Origin: Phototrophicaceae bacterium
GTDB lineage: Bacteria > Chloroflexota > Anaerolineae > Aggregatilineales > Phototrophicaceae
Assembly: GCA_965207905.1 (NCBI GenBank)
Contig: OZ242316.1
Location: 4,163,848 to 4,227,847 of the forward strand
Length of the DNA stretch: 64,000 nt
Direction of reading: 5' to 3'
The position numbers were made by a program, and so were the translations under genes. Shown here in pieces: positions 34,897 to 42,556 of the stretch; the stretch's first letter is position 1, and each line of letters starts with the position of its first letter. Below the pieces are notes generated by a model. It saw nothing but the letters and a program-made list of their open reading frames with translations. It made no database searches and was not told the origin of the DNA.

Positions 34897-35871
34897 TTAC
34901 TGCATAGCGCGTTCTTTCCAGCGAACCGGCCCTAACTCTATCGGCAATGCACGAACAATTTCGTACAAACCGTCAAGATCATGCTGGATATCTTTCCAGA
35001 CGTACGGCTTAAGTAGGGCCGGTATCTCGGCCGATTCGGAAAACTTAAGCGCAATGATGGCGAACTTTTCTCCATACTCTCTCTTACGGCTCTTAGCATA
35101 GTTGATCTCGTCAGCCAAGATTCGTTCGTCTTTGAAGTCTTCTGTGATGAAGAAAACGACGGCACAACTTTCAGAGATTCCCCCGAAAATCCCTCTGTCG
35201 AGTTCCATTCCAGCATACATAGCGGGATCATCTAGCCACGGGTCGAAGCCCAATTGTTTGAGAACTTTGTGATATTTCTTTACTAGTTGTTTGTTTTCGG
35301 ATTTGTGACTTAGGAATATCCTTGTTTCATTCGTAGCCGGAATTCTTTCGATGGGAACAGCCTGCAATTCACGCGCTTCTTGAGATGGCATACCGATCGC
35401 TGCCTCCATTCTATCTCCCAAACTTAGGCAGAACGGCCTCACGACCAGCGAAAGAAAAAGTGACTTGCTTCCATCCATATCGCTCCAACGTGTGCGGCGA
35501 TCCTGCAAGTCTATGAAGTTCTGATCATGTTGGTTTGCATAGCCGTGGAGCAACTGGTATTGGAAGCTAAACTCTTCGTCCGGGTCGTCGGGAAATATCC
35601 AGATGCTACCGGTCTCCTTATCGAGTTTATCGTATTCGCTGTTCAGCCACGTTGTGAATCGGGCGGGTCCAGCATTTCTCATCAGAGGCGCTATAACTGA
35701 TTGCGCGACAGGATCTCGCTCCAAGAAGTTCAGCAGCGGGTGAAAATGATGGTCGAACTGCTCTATATCCTCGTTTATCAGTGCGTCTCGTCGCCTTTTG
35801 AATTGTCGTAACGTGTTGATCTGGGCGTCTCGTGTTATTTCGCTCACTTGGTGTACCTCATAGCAATACAT
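34897..35871 (-). CDS. TIR-domain protein with an uncharacterised N-terminal domain
   Basis: 324 aa. Residues ~183-305 (nt 34957-35325) read RIFLSHKSENKQLVKKYHKVLKQLGFDPWLDDPAMYAGMELDRGIFGGISESCAVVFFITEDFKDERILADEINYA, a bacterial TIR_2-like pattern. I recognise no motif in the N-terminal 180 aa. Confidence 0.75.
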   Translation of the reverse strand: MYCYEVHQVSEITRDAQINTLRQFKRRRDALINEDIEQFDHHFHPLLNFLERDPVAQSVIAPLMRNAGPARFTTWLNSEYDKLDKETGSIWIFPDDPDEEFSFQYQLLHGYANQHDQNFIDLQDRRTRWSDMDGSKSLFLSLVVRPFCLSLGDRMEAAIGMPSQEARELQAVPIERIPATNETRIFLSHKSENKQLVKKYHKVLKQLGFDPWLDDPAMYAGMELDRGIFGGISESCAVVFFITEDFKDERILADEINYAKSRKREYGEKFAIIALKFSESAEIPALLKPYVWKDIQHDLDGLYEIVRALPIELGPVRWKERAMQ

Positions 35872-36415
35872 TCTTTCTTGCGCAATATGGACAGTAGATC
35901 AAATCTAGCCAGCACGAAATGATTTTTATCGTCTCAGCACAGCACAGGAGTCGCACGACTTGCATATCGGGAAGCTCAGGTCCAGCTATCGGTTGCACCG
36001 AGATGGGCGATGATTCATGCGTAATCCGGATGAAGTCGTTTCTCCCGAATGAATTTGAAAGTCCATCAAACATGTTTCGAATTGACGGTTCTATGATGTG
36101 CCGAAACATCCACCTGTGCATGTATTCAGTAAACTCATCAGTATGCATATCTTGCTGAGCATCTGTATGTCCACAATAAGGACATGTCAATTCATCAAGT
36201 GTGTCTTCATTAACGTCTGAAGTTGATGAGACTAACGAATTTCCAGTGGTCTCGGCAAATATGGGTGCAAGCAACGTAGATAATTGTGATGGTTCGGTCA
36301 CGAGCTTGAAATGGAGTCCGCACGAGGCGCAGCCGCGTCGCATGTAACGGTCGCCGTCGAGCGAATACTCAATCTGAAATGTCCTAATGTCTGAATCGTG
36401 TTCGGACTCATTCAT
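35858..36415 (-). CDS. Hypothetical zinc-ribbon protein (Cys-knuckle pairs), partner of the TIR protein
   Basis: 185 aa with CASC (aa ~29-32), CPYC (aa ~78-81), CC (aa ~160) and a terminal CPYC. It overlaps the TIR gene by 14 nt. Confidence 0.6.
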   Translation of the reverse strand: MNESEHDSDIRTFQIEYSLDGDRYMRRGCASCGLHFKLVTEPSQLSTLLAPIFAETTGNSLVSSTSDVNEDTLDELTCPYCGHTDAQQDMHTDEFTEYMHRWMFRHIIEPSIRNMFDGLSNSFGRNDFIRITHESSPISVQPIAGPELPDMQVVRLLCCAETIKIISCWLDLIYCPYCARKNVLL

Positions 36416-36604
36416 ATCGCGTGGTAGCTCGGATACCTCATCGGACGTAGTAGGTCTTGAGAACGGGCAAATGCTATACTATCGACGCCATTATATCAAT
36501 AGAATAATAGTAACTGTTACAACACTGCAGTGGGCGAATTGGGTAAATTGATGACCATGTACTCTGGCCTGCATTCGGGCAACCCGCTGGCCCATCCAGA
36601 CACT

Positions 36605-36689
36605 TTCTTTGTGCCCTTTGTGCCTTTGTGGTCAAAAAAACCAATCCCCTAACTCGGTGCCCTCGGTGTACTCGGTGGTAAAGAAAAAA
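36605..36689. repeat. CACAGAG-family repeat cluster, right-end orientation (two units ending GTGGTCAAAAAAA and GTGGTAAAGAAAAAA)
   Basis: ttctttgtgccctttgtgcctttgtggtcaaaaaaa ... ctcggtgccctcggtgtactcggtggtaaagaaaaaac. Confidence 0.85.
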
Positions 36690-36716
36690 CCCGCTTCAAC
36701 TTCGCCGCCAATGCAA

Positions 36717-36725
36717 TGGTATAAT
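36717..36725 (+). promoter_or_regulatory. Extended -10 promoter element TGGTATAAT upstream of vapB-like gene
   Basis: TGnTATAAT lies 24 nt upstream of ATG 36749, and the SD GGAGGA sits at 36735-36740. Confidence 0.45.
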
Positions 36726-36748
36726 CAGCCCAAGTGGAGGACCGACCC

Positions 36749-37024
36749 ATGACCATCGATATCGCGGAAGACGTCGCGCTGCGCCTTGAAGCGCTCGCAA
36801 AAGCAAAAGACGCCGACATCAGCGACTTGCTGCGCGACATGATCGAGAGCTACGAGGACAAGGGCGACGCCAAACAGAAGCGCTGGGCGACAGGTGCGGA
36901 CTTTGCCAGAAACGCCAAAGCCGCAGGGCTGGCATCGCCCGAGCCGGTGGATACTTCAGCGCGCAGCCGCGAGATTCTTAGCACAGAGTTCGCAGACTAC
37001 TTGATACGCCGCGCCAACCGATGA
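36749..37024 (+). CDS. Ribbon-helix-helix (CopG/VapB-like) antitoxin
   Basis: The ORF track starts at 36734; ATG 36749 follows GGAGGA. MTIDIAEDVALRLEALAKAKDADISDLLRDMIE has the RHH pattern. It overlaps the PIN gene by 4 nt. Confidence 0.75.
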   Translation: MTIDIAEDVALRLEALAKAKDADISDLLRDMIESYEDKGDAKQKRWATGADFARNAKAAGLASPEPVDTSARSREILSTEFADYLIRRANR

Positions 37025-37434
37025 CCTTCATCGCGGACAGCAACTTTGTCTATGCGCTGTACAACGCCAATGATATCCATCATCAAGACGGGATGAGTTT
37101 GCTGTCTCAAAACTCGGAAGTTATGCTCGTGCCTGATGTGGTCCTGCCAGAAGTCGGTTATCTCATTGCGCGCGACATTGGCCACAGCGGAATGCCAACT
37201 TTCCTAGAGCACTTTATGCAGTTAGATGTTCGGCTTGAAGCGGTTGGCATGGAAGACTTGGCAAGAGTTCGCGATATTGTAAGCACCTATGCGGACGCCC
37301 GATTCGACATCGTAGACTGCTGTATCATGGCTATCGCTGAACGCCTGAACATCACGAGAGTCGCGACTTTCGACCGGCGTGACTTTAATATATTTCGCCC
37401 GCGCCACTGCGATTATCTTGAATTGTTGCCCTAG
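37021..37434 (+). CDS. vapC: PIN-domain toxin VapC
   Basis: 137 aa with FIADSNFVYAL...VLPEVGYL...DIVDCCIMAIAERLNITRVATFDRRDF. Confidence 0.85.
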   Translation: MTFIADSNFVYALYNANDIHHQDGMSLLSQNSEVMLVPDVVLPEVGYLIARDIGHSGMPTFLEHFMQLDVRLEAVGMEDLARVRDIVSTYADARFDIVDCCIMAIAERLNITRVATFDRRDFNIFRPRHCDYLELLP

Positions 37435-37447
37435 CTTCGCCTCTACG

Positions 37448-37571
37448 TTTCTTTGTGCCTTCGTGCCTTCGTGCCTTTGTGATCCAAAACATACCCTCTG
37501 TGCCCTCTCATTAACTCTGTGCCCTCGGTGGCAAAAGAAAAACACCTCTGTGTCTCTGTGCCTCTGTGGCC
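37448..37571. repeat. CACAGAG-family repeat cluster, right-end orientation (3-4 units)
   Basis: tttctttgtgccttcgtgccttcgtgcctttgtgatcc ... ctctgtgccctcggtggcaaaagaaaaa ... cctctgtgtctctgtgcctctgtggcc. Confidence 0.85.
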
Positions 37572-37583
37572 AACACTCAAATC

Positions 37584-37613
37584 TTGACAACCCCGCCCCC
37601 CATCCGTTCTAAT
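37584..37613 (+). promoter_or_regulatory. Candidate promoter giving a leaderless or near-leaderless transcript for the MoaD-like gene
   Basis: TTGACA (37584-37589), an 18-nt spacer, then TCTAAT (37608-37613). ATG at 37621 is only 7 nt downstream of the -10, and no SD is visible. Confidence 0.35.
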
Positions 37614-37620
37614 CTGCAGC

Positions 37621-37893
37621 ATGGCTCACGTTAAATTCACGCCCAACCTGCAGCGCTTCTTCCCCGACCTCTGCGAGTGCGCGATCGACGCCGCCACCGT
37701 CGCCGATATCATCCCGGCTGTCGATGACCGCTGGCGCGGGCTGGCCGACTACATCGTCGACGAGCAGGGCGCCCTGCGCAAACACGTCAACATCTTCGTC
37801 GGCGGCGAGCTCCTGCGCGACAAGCAGACCCTCTCCGACCGCGTCTCCGCCGATACCCAGATCTTCATCGTCCAAGCTCTGTCAGGAGGGTAA
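37621..37893 (+). CDS. MoaD/ThiS-family ubiquitin-like beta-grasp protein with a C-terminal Gly-Gly
   Basis: 90 aa ending ...FIVQALSGG-stop. The size and the terminal GG are typical of sulfur-carrier / small-modifier proteins. Confidence 0.7.
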   Translation: MAHVKFTPNLQRFFPDLCECAIDAATVADIIPAVDDRWRGLADYIVDEQGALRKHVNIFVGGELLRDKQTLSDRVSADTQIFIVQALSGG

Positions 37894-37896
37894 ACC

Positions 37897-38985
37897 TTGC
37901 CCAACAAACTCCTAGTCGGCACCCGCAAGGGCCTGCTGATCATGAGCCGGAACGGCGCGTCAGACTGGCAGGTCGAATCGGCGCACTTCGAAGCCATCCC
38001 GGTGGTCTACGCCTTTCGCGACCCGCGCACGGACACCATCTGGGTCAGCCTCGATCACGGGCATTGGGGCGGCAAGCTGCACCGTTCGCGCGATGGCGGC
38101 GTCAGCTGGCAAGAGGTCGAAGCGCCCAAATACCCCGAAGGCGATACCGTCCCGCCTGATTTCAGCGTACCGGCCAAGACCAACTACATCTGGCTGATCG
38201 AGCCCGGCGGCGCCGATGAGCCGAATCGCCTCTATGTCGGCACCGACCCGGGCGGCCTCTTCGTCAGCGATGACGGCGGCGATTCCTTTCAGTTGGTCGA
38301 GACGCTCTGGAAGCACCACAGCAACCCGCACTGGTTCGGCGCCGGGCGCGATCATCCCGGCACAGTCGCTATCCAGGTCGACCCGCGCGACAGCCGTCAC
38401 ATCACCGTCGGCATCAGCGTGGGCGGCGTCTACGTCAGCGCGGACGGCGGCGAAACCTGGACGGCGCGCAATCGCGGCCTCTTCGCCGATTACCTGCCCG
38501 ACCCCCACCACGAGCACGGCCACGACCCGCATATCATCCTCGCCAGCCCCAGCAATCCCGATGTGCTCTGGCAGCAGAACCATTGCGGCACGTACCGCAG
38601 CGAGAACGGCGGCTTGCAATGGCAGGACATCTCCGACAAGAGCGGCGGACCGGCCGGCTTCGGCTTCGCGCTGGCGGTGGACGCGCAGGATGAGCGCGTC
38701 GCCTGGGTGGCGCCGGCTGTCAGCGCCGAGTATCGCGTGCCGGTCGAGCGCGCGCTGGTCATCTGCCGCACGGAAGACGGCGGCGCAACCTGGCAGGACC
38801 TGCGCAGCGGCTTGCCGCAAGAGCACTGCTACGATCTCATATTCCGCCACGCGCTGGATAACAAGGGCGATACGCTGGCTTTCGGCACGACCGCCGGCAA
38901 CTTCTACGTCTCCGATGACCGCGGCGACAACTGGCGCTGCCTGATGCACAACCTGGCGGTGGTCTACTCCTTGCGGTTTATGTAA
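37897..38985 (+). CDS. BNR/Asp-box repeat (sialidase-fold) beta-propeller protein
   Basis: 362 aa with a TTG start 3 nt after the MoaD-like stop. It has six Asp-boxes (SRDGGVSW, SDDGGDSF, SADGGETW, SENGGLQW, TEDGGATW, SDDRGDNW). Confidence 0.8.
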   Translation: MPNKLLVGTRKGLLIMSRNGASDWQVESAHFEAIPVVYAFRDPRTDTIWVSLDHGHWGGKLHRSRDGGVSWQEVEAPKYPEGDTVPPDFSVPAKTNYIWLIEPGGADEPNRLYVGTDPGGLFVSDDGGDSFQLVETLWKHHSNPHWFGAGRDHPGTVAIQVDPRDSRHITVGISVGGVYVSADGGETWTARNRGLFADYLPDPHHEHGHDPHIILASPSNPDVLWQQNHCGTYRSENGGLQWQDISDKSGGPAGFGFALAVDAQDERVAWVAPAVSAEYRVPVERALVICRTEDGGATWQDLRSGLPQEHCYDLIFRHALDNKGDTLAFGTTAGNFYVSDDRGDNWRCLMHNLAVVYSLRFM

Positions 38986-39029
38986 CTGAATTTGCTTATT
39001 CATCGAATCAAATAGACAAGGAATGAACA

Positions 39030-40151
39030 GTGACTGATATCTTGCAGAAGAAAATCCAAGGCTGCCTCTACGGTGGCGCAATCGGCGATGCCATGGGCGC
39101 GCCGGCTGAATGGCGCATGCCTGATGAGATTCGGGCGCGCTACGGCTATATCACCGACCTGGTCGAAGCCTGGGACGATGCCGATACGCGCGGGCGCGGT
39201 CACGGTCGTTACACCGACGACACGCACATGGTGCAGCTGCTCTGCGAGTGTTACCTCGAGCGCGGCGACCACCTGGACGCCCACGAATTCTTCCGCCGCA
39301 TCGTGCCCAAGATAGCGCTGGAAGATCGCTGGATCCCTGAGCGCGGCCGCGAGATGCCACTGGTTGAGCGGCTCTTCTATCCCGAGAAGTGGCTCTACAA
39401 TCGCTGGCTGGCCAATGCTGATCCGCGCATCGCCGGCGTCGGCAATATGGTCAACTGCGGCGCCGCCATGTACGCCGCGCCGGTCGGCATCGTCAACGCC
39501 TGCGATCCCGCGCGCGCCTACGCCGAAGCGGTCGATGTCTTCAGCGCCCACCAATACAGCTTCGGGCTGGAAGCGGCTGCCGTCATGGCCGCCTGCGTGG
39601 CCGAAGCCTTCAAGCCCGACGCCTCGGTCGCGTCGATCATCGACGCCGCGCTCACCGTCGCCAAAGAGGGCACCGCCGATTGCATCGCCGCCATCGCCGA
39701 TAAAGCCAGCACGCTGACCGACTGGCGCAGCGCCATCGCTCCCCTGCGCGATGTCATGCGCGAATACGACACCTCGCCCGATGACGCCAAGTCGCAGCGC
39801 GGCAACGGCAGCAACGACTGGACGCCCAGCCGCTCGCACAGCATTGAAGAGGTGCCCATCGCGCTCGGCTTCCTGGTGGTCACCGGCGGCGACTTCGAAG
39901 GCACGATCATGGGCGGGACTAACTACGGCCGCGATAACGACTCCATCGCCGGCATGGGCGGGGCCATCGCCGGGGCGCTGCACGGCATCGACACTCTGCG
40001 CGCCGACTGGGTCGAGCAGATCAATTCCGCCAACCGCATCGACTTGATGCCGCTCGCCGCCGACATGGCCGATCTGACGCGCGCGCTGCAGGCTGAGCAG
40101 CTGGCGTCTGCGCAGGCTCGGCGGGAGGCGTTTGCGGAGTTGGGCGGCTAA
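39030..40151 (+). CDS. ADP-ribosylglycohydrolase family protein
   Basis: 373 aa with a GTG start. The N-terminal GCLYGGAIGDAMGAPAEW and C-terminal DNDSIAGMGGAIAGALHG motifs are typical of the family. Confidence 0.85.
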   Translation: MTDILQKKIQGCLYGGAIGDAMGAPAEWRMPDEIRARYGYITDLVEAWDDADTRGRGHGRYTDDTHMVQLLCECYLERGDHLDAHEFFRRIVPKIALEDRWIPERGREMPLVERLFYPEKWLYNRWLANADPRIAGVGNMVNCGAAMYAAPVGIVNACDPARAYAEAVDVFSAHQYSFGLEAAAVMAACVAEAFKPDASVASIIDAALTVAKEGTADCIAAIADKASTLTDWRSAIAPLRDVMREYDTSPDDAKSQRGNGSNDWTPSRSHSIEEVPIALGFLVVTGGDFEGTIMGGTNYGRDNDSIAGMGGAIAGALHGIDTLRADWVEQINSANRIDLMPLAADMADLTRALQAEQLASAQARREAFAELGG

Positions 40152-40152
40152 C

Positions 40153-40181
40153 TCACCACAGAGGCACGAAGGGCATCGAGG
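40153..40181. repeat. CACAGAG-family repeat, left-end orientation (TCACCACAGAGGCACGAAGG...)
   Basis: It starts 2 nt after the ARH stop. tcaccacagag is the reverse complement of ctctgtggtga at 42528-42538. Confidence 0.8.
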
Positions 40182-40225
40182 AAAATGTAGGGTCGACATA
40201 TCATGTTGCCCGTATTCGCTTCTAG

Positions 40226-40376
40226 GAACTAGACAAAAGCCTTAGGTTGCCGCGATTGAAGGCCGTACAGCGCGGCCTGCTCGACCAGTTGATTGAAGCC
40301 GGTGGATCGGGAGATTGATGGGTTGGTGTACGCGTTGTATGGGTTGAGCGAGGAGGAGGCGGGGGTTGTGTCTGGG
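40226..40376 (+). pseudogene. Relic of the C-terminal tail of an RM/BREX-type N6-adenine DNA methyltransferase (two frames, no gene body)
   Basis: The frame from 40293 reads ...REIDGLVYALYGLSEEEAGVV. This matches the conserved EIDxLVYxLYGL(T/S)EEEIxxV tail I recall from type IIG / type I-like methyltransferases and PglX. A neighbouring frame reads ...RGLLDQLIEAGG and stops at 40316-40318. No upstream ORF exists. Confidence 0.4.
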
Positions 40377-40400
40377 GGGTGGTGTTGGGTAATTGAGTGT

Positions 40401-41558
40401 TCAGGTCGTATAGACGACAATTTTGAAGTCTTTGGGATCAACAAGTTGCCAGATTGAACCTTTCATCTGTAACATTCCAGTTACTGAAACGGTCTCCCAT
40501 TTCATATGCGCCCTATCTGCCTCAAAATAGTCATGCTTGTTAAGACGCATGCTTACCTTTCGACTGCGCTTTCTGCCAACAGTCCAATCAACAATAATCG
40601 CCCGGTCCTCCACAGTCTCGCTCAACGGGTCACCTGACGAGCTTAAGGCGATCACTCGGCCCTTGATCGTAACTCTTTGCTGAGGAACGAATCTGAGATA
40701 TTCTATGGCACTTTCTAGATACTTGAGGTGTTCACGCCCAAGACGAACGCGGTCAAAGTCTCTAACATCTGATGATGGCGGAAGCGTCTGAGACCAAGTG
40801 ATTGATAGTTCGTAAGGCGAGCTCAAGATGTAAATCATGTCACGAATTGCTTCGCACATTCTGGAATTGAATCCTTGCCCGTATTCCTTCTTCAGAAGCT
40901 CTTCATCCCGACCACTGAGTGCCTTAGCAGTGGCCTGCAGTCCGCGCGCGATCCTCTCTAACACACGACGTTCTAATGGTAGAATCCGAAAGTCCTCCCC
41001 GGGCAATTGATGTTGCTCGCGCTTGCTAATGTAACGCTTCTCTTGCCCCACAAGAGATTCAATCAATAGGCCGAAACTCCCCTCAAAAGTCTGGCCAAAC
41101 CGGAAGTGCTGTATCATTTTCGAACCAGTCGATAGCGGTTGCTTGAAATGGGCTTTGGCGTTACGCTCGGAACTCGCGGAATACTGAATAAGTTTCTTCA
41201 CATACCTCACATACTTCGAAGCTACATCATAAGGCAATGACGCATTGCTAGCGTTCTCCATAATGCGAACACGAAGTAAGTCACGGTCATGATAGCGGAT
41301 ATCGTTCGCAGTTGATTCCATTGTCTTGCGCTGTAGGGAAGAAAGTATCCTTATGGCGTGCTGAACATGCACGCGATAGTCTTCTTCTACGACATCTTTT
41401 GGCAATGCGATTTCAAAGTGCTTGCCCGACTTGCTCATTCGACCGTGAAAGACACGCCAACGCTCATTGTCAACTACGCGTTTCCAGCCATTCACCTCTA
41501 GGTAGGATGTCATGCGAGGAATCGCAAGATCCAGTTCCGCGATTTCTTTGTCAACCAT
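40401..41558 (-). CDS. Hypothetical 385-aa protein (possible HEPN-like RNAKAH motif), partner of the DUF4365-like gene
   Basis: No family recognised. A single Rx4H motif sits in SSERNAKAHF (nt 41148-41165). It overlaps the upstream gene by 8 nt (ATGGTTGA). Confidence 0.6.
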   Translation of the reverse strand: MVDKEIAELDLAIPRMTSYLEVNGWKRVVDNERWRVFHGRMSKSGKHFEIALPKDVVEEDYRVHVQHAIRILSSLQRKTMESTANDIRYHDRDLLRVRIMENASNASLPYDVASKYVRYVKKLIQYSASSERNAKAHFKQPLSTGSKMIQHFRFGQTFEGSFGLLIESLVGQEKRYISKREQHQLPGEDFRILPLERRVLERIARGLQATAKALSGRDEELLKKEYGQGFNSRMCEAIRDMIYILSSPYELSITWSQTLPPSSDVRDFDRVRLGREHLKYLESAIEYLRFVPQQRVTIKGRVIALSSSGDPLSETVEDRAIIVDWTVGRKRSRKVSMRLNKHDYFEADRAHMKWETVSVTGMLQMKGSIWQLVDPKDFKIVVYTT

Positions 41559-42078
41559 TAGGTCTGTACTCCGCCGCTTCCTCGAGTATCTGGTTCACAG
41601 CTGCTTGGTCGAAGACATTGCTTATTGGTATGCATACGCGTTTCGTCTCCTTGTTTGGAGATTTTGCTCCCAGGAGGCGGGCCCAATAGCAGCAGTTTCT
41701 AAGACACATGCAATCTCTACTAATCAGCAACCACTCTTTCTGGTCCTTTGGCATCGCAAACAGTACAAAAGCAACATAAGAACGCTTCGGATGTACCAAC
41801 TTGTTATAGGCATCTACTTTCATATCAAACTTTACGTGTGTTGGATTCTCCGCGTTTGGATAGAAAATGCAATCGGTTGATGCCTTCAGTTGGCATCGAA
41901 CGGGAGGGCCCGAGTCAGTAAAGGTCCCATTGTCATCCATGATTGCGCTTAGTGTGACATCTGTCCCATAGTCACTCGTGCCATCTATCTGCGATAATGT
42001 GGCTCCCGCTTGCGCAACAACGGCTCGGACATACGATAACTGTAGGTCTTGCATGATGTGTGTAAGTGGTCTGGGCAT
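41551..42078 (-). CDS. DUF4365-like restriction-endonuclease-fold (PD-(D/E)xK) protein
   Basis: 175 aa. LQLSYVRAVVAQAGATLSQIDGTSDYGTDVTLSAI...PVRCQLKAST matches my recollection of the DUF4365 pattern (D-Y-G-x-D ... Q-x-K). Not verified by HMM. Confidence 0.5.
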   Translation of the reverse strand: MPRPLTHIMQDLQLSYVRAVVAQAGATLSQIDGTSDYGTDVTLSAIMDDNGTFTDSGPPVRCQLKASTDCIFYPNAENPTHVKFDMKVDAYNKLVHPKRSYVAFVLFAMPKDQKEWLLISRDCMCLRNCCYWARLLGAKSPNKETKRVCIPISNVFDQAAVNQILEEAAEYRPNG

Positions 42079-42194
42079 TACCTTCTAGTCCCGCAAGAGA
42101 TTGGACAAGTATTGTGACATTAATATCGATCGCCGAAATTAGGCAGATGAACGAGCGGAGATGCGACAGATGATCGGTTACGCCCTCCGCCACC

Positions 42195-42440
42195 TCACTC
42201 CTTGAGGAAACCCGCCGGCGGCTTATAGGGCACGTCCAGGTGCTTGATGATGGCATCCACCTTATCATTGAGTTCAGCGAATTGTCGCTGGGACCACTCA
42301 TGGTTCGCCGCGACCGTTTCATTCAGTCCCAAAAGCGCCGCTTCGTACGTGTCAATTCTGTCCAGAATGTCGTCCTGTCCGTCACGAACGCTTTGATATT
42401 CCTTTTCGATCCGCTTCAAGCATATGTCGGTTGTCGCCAT
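42195..42440 (-). CDS. Small coiled-coil protein, paralogue of 54040-54402
   Basis: 81 aa. MATTDICLKRIEKEYQSVRDGQDDILDRI...IIKHLDVPYKPPAGFLKE aligns with MLTDDIRLGRIEQEYQTVRGTQDQLMDRM...IMDHLQVPKRRTGFLKTDD. Confidence 0.55.
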   Translation of the reverse strand: MATTDICLKRIEKEYQSVRDGQDDILDRIDTYEAALLGLNETVAANHEWSQRQFAELNDKVDAIIKHLDVPYKPPAGFLKE

Positions 42441-42495
42441 GTCGCCTCCTCGTGTTCACGCCCAGTATAAGGGGACTGCGTCAGCCTGTCAAAAT

Positions 42496-42549
42496 GCCTC
42501 TGTGCCCTCTGAGTGTCCTCGGTGTACTCTGTGGTGAAAAAAGAAAAGG
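42496..42549. repeat. CACAGAG-family repeat, right-end orientation (…CTCTGTGGTGAAAAAAGAAAAGG)
   Basis: gcctctgtgccctctgagtgtcctcggtgtactctgtggtgaaaaaagaaaagg lies immediately upstream of ATG 42557. Confidence 0.85.
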
Positions 42550-42556
42550 CAAACCC

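Noticed and set aside
37960-40199. Minus-strand ORFs 37960-39081 (373 aa) and 39000-40199 (399 aa)
   Set aside because: They are antisense to the BNR propeller and ADP-ribosylglycohydrolase genes, which have clear family motifs. The antisense products are A/G/R-rich with no motifs.
40229-40444. 71-aa minus-strand ORF between the ARH gene and the 385-aa gene
   Set aside because: It lies on the relic methyltransferase tail in the opposite sense. It has no start context or motif and is probably spurious.
41972-42322. 116-aa minus-strand ORF bridging the DUF4365-like gene start and the coiled-coil gene
   Set aside because: It overlaps two better-supported ORFs out of frame, and I see no independent support for it.
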